Below are positions 1-12,467 of a stretch of DNA of 59,883 nucleotides, piece by piece. Where the stretch lies: NCBI GenBank assembly GCA_038087875.1, contig CM075998.1:1552001-1611883 (forward strand), given 5' to 3'. Numbering within the stretch: position 1 is the first letter of the stretch; each line of letters starts with the position of its first letter. Under the pieces are notes generated by a model, which was given only the letters and a program-made list of their open reading frames with translations, was not told the origin of the DNA and ran no database searches. Origin of the DNA: Malacoraja senta. Taxonomy: Eukaryota. A program made the translations under genes and the position numbers.

Positions 1-87
1 AACGTTTTGGGCCGAAAAGTTGCCTATTTCCTTCGCTCCATAGATGCTGCTGCACCCGCTGAGTTTCTCCAGCATTTTTGTGTACCT
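1..87 (+). mobile_element. Penelope-like element (PLE)-derived short repeat, cut by window edge
   Basis: CCGAAAAGTTGCCTATTTCCTTCGCTCCATAGATGCTGC...CCAGCATTTTTGTGTACCT; same sequence as copies at 29117-29261 and 42270-42364. Confidence 0.7.
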
Positions 88-469
88 GCTATTTAATATT
101 GTTTAACCAACATGGTCGAAGTTGAGGAAATCATCATTTGGCACACAGTGTCCATGCCAGCCAAAAATTGACTTAAATTTAAATCGCATCTCCTTTGCCT
201 TGTGGTTTATGGCTCTTCAAGTGCTCATCCAGATCTCTTCAATGTGGAGAGTGTTTCTGCCTCCACCAGCCGGTCAGTCAGCGAATTAGAAACACCCATG
301 TAAGTGAGAGAAAAAAAGCTATCCACAGTCCGCTCTAAATTTCTAACTATTGAACTTAAAGCTACGTCCTTTAGTTACTGATCTCTCATGCAACATTTTA
401 TCTCATCAGCATGAGGAGATCTTCTCATATCTTTGGTACTTTTATAGCATTTTTTGGAGACACATTTCT

Positions 470-1350
470 GTGGACAGCCTTATGAAGACAGTGCTCCAAT
501 CTCTCTTTTTAATGGAATCAAAAGTTTCAGGTGAGATTTATAAAGACCTAGTAGAGCAAATGATGCTACTCCCGGTATTCTCTTGGAATTACCACACAGG
601 GAAGTTCATGTCCACTGTGCCCTTGGATGGATATACTGCAATTTGGGAGCAGTTGTTTGGTCACTAGGAGGCGATTGAAGACTATGGTGAATACTTTACT
701 GTGGGAGACTCCTCTGGTGTTACCATACTCAGTCATGCCTCCTTTCTTGTAGATGTCACAGCCGCGAGGTCCCCTGGTATATCATTGTCTTCCCAGATGT
801 GGATAATGAGATTGTGGTTTAATGACTGAAGATCTTCAGCACCAAGCTTTAGGATTGGGGCCTTGTTATTTTCATTTGATATAGCCTTTGACTTTTGTCA
901 GGAGTGGTGGCAAGGCTGGACTAAATGTGTTGCTGGTGAATGGAGTCAAAGTCATTTACATCATGGAGAGACATAGTTAAGGAACTGTTCAAAGCATTCC
1001 TTTTAGCAAATGCAGAATGCCTCTGTCCCTGATTAGTTCACCTCAGTTCCTAGCTCGCAGTGGGGCAAGGTCTTGGATTGTCCTTTATGCTGGACTTCAG
1101 AGCTCCTATCTGTTGTGGATATTCTGCGACTCCTGGAAGCAGAGATTTGCCAGGTTATCTGTGAGGCACCGTCTGAGACAAGCTCATTTTATGGTTAAGA
1201 GCTCTGATATTGATCTTCCTGTGGCAACATTTCTGTTGATACTAATGGTTTGGAGCAAAGATCTTAGAGCGGATCTTTGGTTTTTAGCCAGGCTGCTGGA
1301 GATATAGAATGGATTAGATGTGGCAGTCAATCCAATTGTTGTCAACGGCA
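470..1350 (-). mobile_element. Decayed RTE-clade LINE ORF2 fragment
   Basis: Minus-strand translation gives broken RTE-like motifs (KECFEQFLN, cf. WKEHFxxLLN; PSKGTVDMNF, cf. RxxRGTxDMIF); many stops; ends approximate. Confidence 0.6.
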
Positions 1351-1675
1351 CTGAGATTAAAGATCAGCCATGAACTGATTGAAGGGCAATATAGAGGGAC
1401 CAAATGACCTACTCCTGCTTATATTTGTGTTCTTGTATAGCAGATACAAAACACTTTGTAAACAAATAATATTAGAGACTAACCAGTAGTTTATAGCCAT
1501 TATGAAGAATAACACTTCCAATTCTGGGAACTGTTTTGATTCCCAGTAAAAAGTGGTCTGAAAAATTCCAGATGCCACAGAACACACACATCCAATTATG
1601 GCAACTATCGCATGGTGTAGAAATGAAACATTTCCTCTTTCATCCACCCTACCCCAATGGGAATCTTTGGAATGC

Positions 1676-2259
1676 TAGAGTGTCATAGAGTGATAGTGTG
1701 GAAACAGGCCCTTCAGCCCAACTCGCCCACACCGGCCAATATGTCCCAGCTAAACTAGTCCCACCTGCCTGCGCTTGGTCCATATCCCTCCAAACCTGTC
1801 CTATCCATGTACCTGTCTAACTGTTTCTTAAACGATGGGATAGTCCCAGCCTCAACTACCTCCTCTGGCAGCTTGTTCCATATACACACCACCCTTTGTG
1901 TGAAAAAGTTACCCCTCGGATTCCTACTAAATCTTTTCCCCTTCATCTTGAACCTATGTCCTCTGGTCCTCGATTCCCCTACTCTGGGCAAGAGACTTTG
2001 TGCATCTACCCAATCTATTCCTCTCATGATTTTGCACACCTCTATAAGATCACCCCTCATCCTCCAGCGCTCCAAGGAATAGAGACCCAGCCTACTCAAC
2101 CTCTCCCGATAGCTCACACCCTCTAGTCCTGGCAACATCCTCGTAAATCTTTTCCAGCTTGACAATATATTTCCTATAACATGGTGCCCAGAACTGAACA
2201 CAATATTCTAAATGCGGTCTCACCTACGTATTATACAACTGCAACATGACCTCCCAACT
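1676..2259 (-). mobile_element. CR1 LINE 3' fragment
   Basis: ORF 1755-2201 encodes a CR1 ORF2 C-terminus (RFTRMLPGLEGVSYRERL...RGDLIEV...FFTQRVV..WNKLP), followed by 3' UTR and short repeat tail. Confidence 0.9.
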
Positions 2260-3141
2260 GGATAGGTATACCTATTTGTTTGCCCAAGTTGTGTGTAGAG
2301 TTGAAACAATTTTATTTGAATGAAAACAAAACACTAAAAGCCACATTGTTTGCCAGAAGAGAAAAACAACTTTTTTTCTGCAGATCATTCTGTGTTACAG
2401 ATGTTGGAGAAGTTACTTATTTTTTCTAAACACATTCAGAATTCAAACCATTCTCGCATGGCGTGCCCAAATTTCAGAATTCTGACACCAGGTAGCAGGG
2501 TACATATTCAACCACCTCTCTAATTGGTGTTCCAGTTTAATCCTATATCTGCTCCTATTCTTCCATTCATAAACAGGCCTCCAGTCTGGTATACTCTTAC
2601 TGGGATTTAAGACTTTTTTTTTTAAATCAGGCTTTGGCCAATTCTGAAACTCACTTTCCTGAATGCTCGTGGAATTGGCTGTTCACTGACATTTTCAGGA
2701 TGGAGATTGATAGATTTGTAGCAAAGTATATGGATTAAGACATGCTAATGAGTTTAAAGAAAATGATCTATGACCATTTCAGGCTCGAGGAGCCGAAATG
2801 ACAACAACGTCCATTGAGATGCTTTTATCTGATTTAGGAAATGTTGATTTAAGTCAGCACCAGCTGCCTTGCTTGATAGCGTGCAGAAAAGGGACCTCAA
2901 AATAAAAAAACTAGCACTGTGGCAGTAATATCAGATTCAGACTCATTCAGGAAACCACATTTTCTATTGCTCAATGTTTTATTCTTAAATGGTAGTAAAG
3001 GCTTCAAAGGCTGTTTGTAAGTAGTGCATTTTCCACAAATCGATCATGGGCTGAGCTGGAACATTGATGTTTCCCCACTGCTTTCATGTCTGATTCACCA
3101 AGGGGTGGCTCCTGGGGAAATGGTCCACATCTTCCAGAGTG

Positions 3142-3312
3142 TTGTTTAGTTTAGAGATATAGTACGGAAACAGGCCCTTTGGCCCACCAAGTCCACGCCA
3201 ACCATCGATCACCTGTTCACACTAGTTCTATGTTATCCCATTTTCTCATCTATTCCCTACACACCAGGGACAATTTACAGAGGCCAATTAATGTTCAAAC
3301 CAGCACATCTTT
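3142..3312 (-). mobile_element. HE1-like SINE 3' part
   Basis: GTTTAGTTTAGAGATATAGTACGGAAACAGGCCC is the reverse complement of the (CTAAA)n SINE tail seen at 24980-25011. Confidence 0.7.
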
Positions 3313-3329
3313 GGCCCTAGTTACACTTA

Positions 3330-3720
3330 GTTGCTCGAGTAGGTCACATCATTTGCATACCCAACACCAAGCTCCTGAAACAGACCCTTTATTCTAGGTT
3401 CTGTCACAGGAGATTACCAGCTGGATAAAGGATTCAAGAATATCCTCAAAGCATCCTAATGTGGGATCACTGGCTATGCCCACTCATAGAAAATGGAGCA
3501 GCTCTTTGGATGGTCCAAAGAATGCCAGATCCATGCAATGGGACTACAAAGAGGCCCAATGTAAGCGGCTGAAGGCATGGAACATCTCAATTTATCCACT
3601 CCACTCCAGTCAGCCACCTCCTACTCCATCTGGAAAGAGTCTGCAATTTCCACATTGATCTCATCTGTCAACTCAAAACATGAACAGAAATTATCTGTAG
3701 TCCACAGGGATTGCTCGAGA
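3330..3720 (+). mobile_element. Decayed RTE LINE 3' fragment
   Basis: Remnants of RTE C-terminal motifs (LLKQTLYS; RFKNILKAS; SLA...RKW). Confidence 0.5.
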
Positions 3721-4767
3721 AGAAGGGATATGTAATCCTACAATTGAACAGTCTCCAACTTCAAGCTCAAATTATGTACACCAGAGTTGAGTTTGCCAGA
3801 TCCCTCTTTCTTCAGAAGTCGTTCCTGCTGATTCACTGCAAAAACGTACCAGGCTTAAATTGCATTCTTCTGTGAACAGTAATTATTCAAAGATGTTCTG
3901 CTAATAGTGAGCGCAGAATGCACGGCTTCATTCAAATTATACCAACTACCAGGTGCAGTGTTTCCATGATATTGCATACTTCACAGTCAAGGTGGTTAAG
4001 AAAATGCTTATTGTTCCCAGTACTTTCAAATGGTGCACAGTTTAACCAAAATGTTAATCCAATTAAGTAACTTGGGCTCTTACATCATCTAGATTACTGG
4101 GGGTGTGGAGGCCATGTCCTTATCAGAGGTGTTGTGGGCAGATTTTCTTCCAAAAAAGATTTTACATCTCAGTTTAATGGTTATCATCAACAATGCCAAT
4201 TTACAAATTTATGACTTTAATTTAAATTTCCCAACTGCCATAACTGGATTTAATCTTATGTCTTCAGATGTTTTGCTGAGGCATCAGAATTTTGTGAAGT
4301 AAATTAAATTCATCATTATACCTTCATATCTTGTTTGATTTATTAATTTAAATTATTGATGGATGAATCAATACAAACAGAAGATCTCCATAATCAGATC
4401 TTAATTAAGTATCAGTTGCAACTATCTAGTGACATTTAGATATGACCATTTATCTGGAAACTTGCTAATGGTTATTGGTATTCTGTTCAATGGCCTATGC
4501 TGACACAATGTATTTTCAGACAACTGACCTATTCATCATAATGAATGGCCAGAGGTACAAGTAGTCTCTAAGGAGGCATCTCCCAGCAAACATCAGCATT
4601 ATACGCACAGAGAACATTGAGACTACAAGAGATAAGATACTGGTCTCACATTAAATCTGTCTGCGTGTTAGAATGTCCAGTGACATTTAAATGGTCCCCA
4701 AGAATGCAGAATACTTAAGTTTGCTGTTAAAAATGCATTCTGTCAATGTTACAACATATCTTATTTA

Positions 4768-4912
4768 CAGTGCATTCAGAAAGTATTCAGAACCCTTCAC
4801 TTTCCCACATTTTGTCATGTTACAGCCTTATTCTAAAATGGATTAAATTTGTTTTTTATCATCAATCTACACACAATAGGTGAAGCCGTCTGAATACTTT
4901 CTGAATGCACTG
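4768..4912. mobile_element. Tc1/mariner internally deleted element (MITE), 145 bp
   Basis: TIRs CAGTGCATTCAGAAAGTATTCAGA / TCTGAATACTTTCTGAATGCACTG with TA target duplication (4766-4767, 4913-4914). Confidence 0.9.
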
Positions 4913-5867
4913 TATATAAAGGATTGAAGTCAAAATAAGCATCTAGGTTTTCTCCACTTTGGCTTCTTTAAATCTAATATTAGACTCTTGCAGAGCAGGT
5001 GTTCCAAAGCATTGCCTGGGTTAGAAGGCAGTTTGGGTCTAATTGTGGGGCCATATTAGGCATTGGACTGAAACAGTAGCAGAACCTTGAGGCTTGTCCT
5101 AAACTGGCTAACAGGTCATCTCAGCAGAATTCCACTGAGTCAACAAGACATCTCGAGGGAGTTCATTACTGACTTGGACCCATTATGATCCTCAGGTAGG
5201 TTAGTAAGGAAATTATGTGATGACTGCTTCTTGGGATCCAAGGTGACTTGCTTTCATTCTGCTGTTTTTTATTCTGGTTTTGGAATCGCAAAGCACATCC
5301 AAACACAAACTGAAAAGATTGTACAACATTCACTTGGACTCTTTGTCACACTTTGTCAAATGTCAAGGACAGCTACTCACCCCACCTCTGCAATTTAGCT
5401 TGGTAGTCCACATTTGATGTTGGTCATAGAATTCAGCTGTGGTCCCAGATACTGCAGGGCTGTAAAGTTTTGATGTGATCACTTAGCTCTGACTTTAGCA
5501 TGCCAGTAATCCTGTGATGTAGCTTTGCACATCATTTCTCATGCATAACAGATGCTGTACCTAATATACCCTTCCAATTGGCACTTCCCCAGAAACTGGA
5601 GCATCACAAGGAGTGTATACAAAGGCAAAAGGAGAGGCCTTGAGAAGATATGAGGATGAGCAAGTGGTAAAGGGAACTATTGCACATTCTGGGTTGCAGA
5701 ACTATTGTTTCCATTTCCTTAGAAGTGTGACAACTCATCTTTAATGATTTCACACCTCTCAAGATAGTGTTACATACATAGATACATAGAAAATAGGTGC
5801 AGGAATAGGCCATTCGGCCCTTCGAGCCTGCACCGCCATTCAATATGATCATGGCTGATCATCCAAC

Positions 5868-8680
5868 TCAGTATCCCGTACCTCCCTTCTCTCCATACCC
5901 CCTGATCCATTTAGCCACAAGGGCCACATCTAACTCCCTCTTAAATATAGCCAATGAACTGGCCTCAACTACCCTCTGTGGCAGAGAGTTCCAGAGATTC
6001 ACCACTCTCTGTGTGAAAACGTTTTTTCTCATCTCGGTCTTAAAGGATTTCCCCCTTATCCTTAAGCTGTGACCCCTTGTCCTGGACTTCCCCAACATCG
6101 GGAACAATCTTCCTGCATCTAGCCTGTCCAACCCCATAAGAATTTTGTACGTTTCTATAAGATCCCCTCTCAATCTCCCTAATTCTAGCGAGTATAAGCC
6201 AAGTCTATCCAGTCTTTCTTCATATGAAAGTCCTGACATCCCAGGAATCAGTCTGGTGAACCTTCTCTGCACTCCCTCTATGGCTATAATGTCCTCCTCA
6301 GATTTGGAGACCAAAACTGTACGCAATACTCCAGGTGTGGTCTCACCAAGACCCTGTACAACTGCAGTAGAACCTCCCTGCTCCTATACTCAAATCCTTT
6401 TGCTATGAAAGCTAACATACCATTCGCTTTCTTCACTGCCTGCTGCACCTGCATGCCTACTTTCAATGACTGGTGTACCATGACACCCAGGTCTCGCTGC
6501 ATCTCCCCTTTTCCTAATCGGCCACCATTTAGATAATAGTCTGCTTTCCTGTTTTTGCCACCAAAGTGGATAACCTCACATTTATCCACATTATACTGCA
6601 TCTGCCAAACATTTGCCCACTCACCCAGCCTATCCAAGTCACCTTGCAGTCTCCTAGCATCCTCCTCACAGCTATCACTGCCCCCCAGCTTAGTGACATC
6701 TGCAAACTTGGAGATGTTGCCTTCAATTCCCTCATCCAGTTCATTAATATAAATTGTAAATAGCTGGGGTCCCAGCACTGAGCCTTGCGGTACCCCACTA
6801 GTCACTGCCTGCCATTGTGAAAAGGACCCGTTTACTCCTACTCTTTGCTTCCTGTTTGCCAGCCAGTTCTCTATCCACATCAATACTGAACCCCCAATAA
6901 CGTGTGCTTTAAGTTTGTATACTAATCTCTTATGTGGGACCTTGTCGAAAGCCTTCTGAAAGTCCAGATATAACACATCCACTGGTTCTCCCCTATCCAC
7001 TCTGCTAGTTACATCCTCGAAAAATTCTATAAGATTCGTCAGACATGATTTACCTTTCGTAAATCCATGCTGACTTTGTCCAATGATTTCACCACTTTCC
7101 AAATGTGCTGCTATCCCATCTTTAATAACTGACTCTAGCAGTTTCCCCACTACCGATGTTAGACTAACTGGTCTGTAATTCCCCGTTTTCTCTCTCCCTC
7201 CCTTCTTCAAAAGTGGGGTTACGTTTGCTACCCTCCAATCCTCAGGAACTACTCCAGAATCTAAAGAGTTTTGAAAAATTATCACTAATGCATCCACTAT
7301 TTCTGGAGCTACTTCCTTAAGTACTCTGGGATGCAGCCTATCTGGCCCTGGTGATTTATCGGCCTTTAATCCATCCAATTTACCCAACACCACTTCCCGA
7401 CTAACCTGGATTTCACTCAGTTCCTCCATCTCCTTTGACCCCTGCTATTTCTGGCAGATTATTTATGTCTTCCTTAGTGAAGACGGAACCAAAGTAGTTA
7501 TTCAATTGGTCTGCCATATCCTTGTTCCCCATGATCAATTCACCTGTTTCTGACTGCAAGGGACCTACATTTGTTTTAACTAATCTCTTTCTCTTCACAT
7601 ATCTATAAAAACTTTTGCAGTCAGTTTTTATGTTCCCTGCCAGTTTTCTTTCATAATCTATTTTCCCTTTCCTAATTAAGCCCTTTGTCCTCCTCTGCTG
7701 GTCTCTGAATTTCTCCGAGTCCTCTGGTATGCTGCTTTTTCTGGCTAATTTGTACGCATCATCTTTTGCTTTGATACTATCCCTGATTTCCCTTGTTATC
7801 CACGGATGCACTACCTTCCCTGATTGATTCTTTTGCCAAACTGGGATGAACAATTTTTGTAGTTCATCCATGCAGTCTTTAAATGCCTTCCATTGCATAT
7901 CCACCGTCAACCCTTTTAGAACTAATTGCCAGTCAATCTTGGCCAATTCACGTCTCATACCCTCAAAGTTACCTTTCTTTAAGTTCAGAACCGTTGTTTC
8001 TGAATTAACAATGTCACTCTCCATCCTAATGAAGAACTCAACCATATTATGGTCACTCTTGCCCAAGGGGGCACGCACAACAAGACTGCTAACTAACCCT
8101 TCCTCATTACTCAATACCCAGTCTAGAATAGCCTGCTCTCTCGTTGGTTCCTCTCCATGTTGGTTTAGATAACTATCCCGCATACATTCCAAGAAATCCT
8201 CTTCCTCGGCACCCCTGCCAATTTGATTCACCCAATCTATATGTAGATTGAAGTCACCCATTATAACTGTTTTGCTTTTGTTGCACGCATTTCTAATTCC
8301 TGTTTGATGCCATCCCCAACTTCACTACTACTGCTAGGTGGCCTGTACACAACACCCACCAGCGTTTTCTGCCCCTTAGTGTTTCTCAGCTCTACCCATA
8401 CCGATTCCACATCCTCCAAGCTAATGTCCTTCCTTTCCACTGCGTTAATCCCCTCTCTAACCAGCAACGCTACCCCACCTCATTTTCCTTTCTCTCTATC
8501 CCTCCTGAATATTGAATATCCCTGGATGTTCAGCTCCCAGCCTTGGTCACCCTGGAGCCATGTCTCCGTGATCCCAACTATATCATAATCATTAATAGCT
8601 ATCTGCACGTTCAACTCATCCACCTTATTACGAATGCTCCTTGCATTGAGACACAAAGCCTTCAGGCTTGTTTTTACAAC
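5868..8680 (-). pseudogene. CR1 ORF2 (APE endonuclease + reverse transcriptase), frameshifted
   Basis: LNARSIRNK, GITETW, VYRPP, MGDFN, SDHN (APE); NYRPVSL, QHGF, YLDFQKAFD, GVPQGSVLGP; catalytic FADD reads FADV; frameshifts near 8280, 7420, 6300. Confidence 0.95.
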
Positions 8681-8966
8681 GCTCTTACCCCTTATACAAT
8701 TATGTTGAAAAGTGGCCCTTTTTGATTTTTGCCCTGGATTTGTCTGCCTGCCACTTACTTTTCACCTTGCTACCTATTGCTTCCGCCCGCATTTTACACC
8801 CCTCTGTTTCTCTGCTCACCCATTTAAGAACCGCACCTCTTATTCTGTTTATTATTGTTTTCTTCTTTCCCCCCTACATGTTGGGTCTGAGTGCTTTCCT
8901 TCTCTGCCTCCTGCCTCACACACTGTCTAATAGCTTTCTCTATTTGAGTCCCTCCCCCCAACCATT

Positions 8967-9899
8967 CTAGTTTAAAGTCTCCCCAGTAGCCTTTGCAGAT
9001 CTCCCCGCCAGGATATCGGTCCCCCTCAGGTTCAAGTGCAACCCATCCTTTTTGTACAGGTCGCACCTTCCACAAAAGAGGTCCCAATGATCCAGAAATT
9101 TGAATCCGTGCCCTCTGCACCAGTCCTTCAGCCATGCATTTATCCTCCACCTCGCTCCATTCCTACTCTCACTGTCGCGTGGCACAGGCAGTAATCCCGA
9201 GATTGTTACCTTTGCTGTCCTTCTCTTTAACTCCCCTCCTAACTCCCTAAATTCTCCTTTCAGGACCTCTCTTTTTTTACCTATGTCATTGGTACCTATA
9301 TGTACCACGACCTCGGGCTCCTCTCCCTACCCTTTCAGGATATCTTGGACATGTTGAGACATATCACAGACCCTGGCACCAGGGAGGCAAACTGCCATCC
9401 GGGTCTCCCGACTGCGTCCACAGAATCGCCTGTCTGACCCCCTAACTATAGAGTCCCCTATTAGTATTGCCCTCCTCTTCTTTTCCTTACCCTTCTGAGC
9501 AACAGGACCGGTCTCTGTACCGGAGGCCCGGCCGCTGTCACTACCCCCAGGTAGGCTGTCCCCCCCAACAGTGTTCAAACAGGAGTACTTATTGTCAAGG
9601 TGTACAGCCACCGGGGTACTCTCTAGTCCCTGCCTGTGCCCCTTGCCTCTCCCAACCGTGAACCACTTGCCTGTCTCCTGTGGTCTTGGAGTGACCACCT
9701 CCCTGTAACTCCTCTCAATGACTTCCTCGCTCTCCCTGACCAGACGGAGGTCATCGAGCTGCTGCTCCAGGTTCCTAATACGGTCCCTTAGGAGCCCCAT
9801 CTCGATACACCTGGCGCAGATGTGGACGTCTGGAGGGCTATCAGACTCCATGACTTCCCACATCTGACATCCAGAACAGTAAACTGCCCTGGCCCTCAT
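8967..9899 (-). pseudogene. CR1 ORF1: Cys-rich Zn-binding motif, coiled coil and SGNH/GDSL esterase domain; one frameshift near 9320
   Basis: CSGCQMW...ICARC; heptad LLRDRIRNLEQQLDDL; ILIGDSIVRG, VHIGTND, DGLH esterase blocks. Confidence 0.9.
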
Positions 9900-10008
9900 A
9901 CTCCCCTTACCTAGGATACAACACAAAACAAACTGCTAATTAATGAATGCCACAGTGTTCCGTTCAAAGACTCTGCTAATTAATGAATGCATAGATCAGA
10001 CTTGAATT

Positions 10009-10097
10009 TTCAAGAAGGAACTGCAGATGCTGGAAAATCGAAGGTAGACAAAAATGCTGGAGAAACTCAGCGGGTACGGCAGCAATTATGTCTTACC
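10009..10097. mobile_element. Short PLE-derived insertion with 13-bp flanking duplication
   Basis: AAGGAACTGCAGATGCTGG...GAAACTCAGCGGG flanked by TCAGACTTGAATT (9996-10008, 10098-10110). Confidence 0.75.
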
Positions 10098-10437
10098 TCA
10101 GACTTGAATTGAGCTTTTTTGCCAAATTTCCTGATACATCATAAATAGTTAGAACAGTTAACAGATTTTATAATACCCAACAAACAGCAAGACTATTCTC
10201 ACTCATTAGCGGGTTTATAAAAATTAAAGAAATTGCTCTTGATTGGGACCATGCAGCTTTGTGTTTTATCTCACACAATGATATTGCTTGATTATTTATG
10301 GAAGATACCACTGGCTTGAATAGCATTTGCAATATGTCCATTTTGCAATACTTTTACACAAAGAGAAGTGGTGCAATAATTTTGTAGATATGGCTCATGG
10401 TACACAACGCAATATCAATCAGTTAACGTGATAATTT

Positions 10438-10720
10438 GAGGTAGACAAAATTCTGGAGTAATTCAGCAGGTCAGGCAGCATCTCTGGAGAACAAGGATGG
10501 GTGACATTTCAGTTCAGGACCCTGCTGGAGGCAGGAAAAGACCAGGACCGCCCACAAACGACCTCAGGCCCATTGTTGACTAGGGAAGGTGTGATCTCAA
10601 GAGGAAAACTGGAACTGGTAAAACTAGAGTGGAGGAAGGGAGATGGGGAGTGCAAGTAGAAGTTCATTAAAATTAGAGAATAAGTGAGTTTGGTATTCCG
10701 ATAAATGCAAGGAATCCTGG
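10438..10720 (-). mobile_element. Decayed PLE-derived repeat
   Basis: GGTAGACAAAATTCTGGAGTAATTCAGCAGGTCAGGCAGCATCTCTGGAG... matches the family; ribozyme core degenerate; right end uncertain. Confidence 0.55.
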
Positions 10721-12169
10721 GATTTGTCAAAGGTCATTCGGGGGAAAAAAAGCGAATGCAGCGCTACATAAACTGTGTATAAATTGGTAACTATTCTACC
10801 AATGAATTAATCTAGAATTCTGTCAACTCAATAGCTTCCTTTCTTGTTCTGCTGTTCACACACGACTCACACAGTCCCAGTTCTAGTTCAGTTCATTAAT
10901 CTGCAATTATGAGATATTATGAGAAGGAGCCGCCAATCCGATATAAGACATTTAACTGCAAAATGCCTGCCCTTTAGTATTGGATAGATTGAGCGGAGGG
11001 TCTGTGCTGGTTTGTGACAGTTGCGGTGTGTTTCCCCCAGCCATCTCGCCCAGTGCACGTTGCCAGCACAGTTCGCCAGCCCTTGTTAGCAGGCTCTTTG
11101 TGCAGGTGTTCCCCGAAGCCCAAAGGTTTTGTGGAGGTTCTGCGTTAGGATCGGGCACACAGCGAGCTAGCGAGAGGGCTGGCAGATCAGATCAGACCAG
11201 GTTGCCGAGTGGCTGAAAGGTGGATTTTAATGGGTCGTAAATTAAACTGTTCCGTCTGTGCGGCATCGCCAGCTCTCCCTCTCCCAGATCCCCCACCCCA
11301 ACTATCGACAAAGTGTGACTGAGAAAATGCTCACACTCATATTACGGGTTGGCTATTGCGCGTTTGCCCACTCGCTGGGGCGGGTGGCGCCTCCTTCAAA
11401 GAGAGCGAGAACAGGTCCCGTCAGCTGGGGAGCTGTGACCCACTCCTGAATGAAGCCTCTAGTTTGGCTGTGGTTCAAATGGCTGCAAATTCTCATCATT
11501 ATCACCGCCCGGTCACCTGTACCCGGCTCCCAACTGTGTGCCCTGACAGACTGGAACCGACCCCAGAGGTTAAAGCGACAGCATCTTTATTTAAGCCAAC
11601 CCACCTCGAAAGTTGAACCAGCCTGTTCGAATCCAATGTGAACTTTCCAACCTACCCCCCACACAGCTCATTCTCCTCGTTTCCATCAATCCAAGAAGGT
11701 TGTTTAGATAGGAATGCAAGGACTGTCTCAAATGGGTTGACCACACAACTTGTAATTTGTGCAAGTCAATATTGAATTTGAATGGCTGTGATTCAGGCTA
11801 ATGCCAAGGATTTGATAAATGACAGATTTGTTCCAGGCATTCTTGCATTTCAAGGCTGGTGCTGTATTGAGCCAATAATTTAAATAGATACAATTGTGGA
11901 TTTGTGCGGCCTGCAGTACGCTGTGGCCTACTGCTGACATATTTGACGGATAAAATTATTAATACATCTCATTGAAATGAATACGTAGGTCCGTACATAC
12001 ACAGTAGCTCAGCTGGCGAGAGGGTTTATCCCAAATGACCCATGACCTGGGCATGCGCAATTGTAATACCGAACTTGTTTATTCAATATTCATACCGTTG
12101 GGTTGCAAGCTACAAGTTATACCTAATCACTATTCTTGGTTCATTTTATTTTCTTTGGTACTCTTCTCA

Positions 12170-12467
12170 ATAGACAATAGGTGCAGGAGTAGGCCATTCG
12201 GCCCTTCGAGCCAGCACCGCCATTCAATGCGATCATGGCTGATCATCCCCAATCAGTACCCCATTCCTGCCTTCTCCCCATATCCCCTGACCGCTATTTT
12301 TAAGAGCCCTATCTAGCTCTCTCTTGAAAGCATCCAGAGAACCTGCTCCCACCGCCCTCTGAGGCAGAGAATTCCACAGACTCACCACTCTGTGGGAAAA
12401 AGTGTTTCCTCGTCTCCGTTCTAAATGGTTTACTCCTTATTCTTAAACTGTGGCCCCTGGTTCTGGT
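12170..12467 (-). mobile_element. CR1 LINE 3' fragment
   Basis: ATAGGTGCAGGAGTAGGCCATTCGGCCCTTCGAG... homologous to the 3' UTR of the 5771-9930 element. Confidence 0.85.

Larger units (their letters stand above)
5771..9930 (-). mobile_element. Near full-length CR1 LINE (ORF1 + ORF2 + 3' UTR with (CTATGTAT)n tail), inactivated
   Basis: Collinear ORF pieces from 9926 to 5868 encode Zn-finger/coiled coil/esterase, APE and RT; octamer tail at 5771-5790. Confidence 0.97.

Noticed and set aside
350..1307. Plus-strand ORFs of 105 and 96 aa
   Set aside because: Antisense to a decayed RTE fragment.
12000..12050. tRNA gene (TAGCTCAGCTGG A box)
   Set aside because: No B box or cloverleaf; most likely a SINE head remnant.
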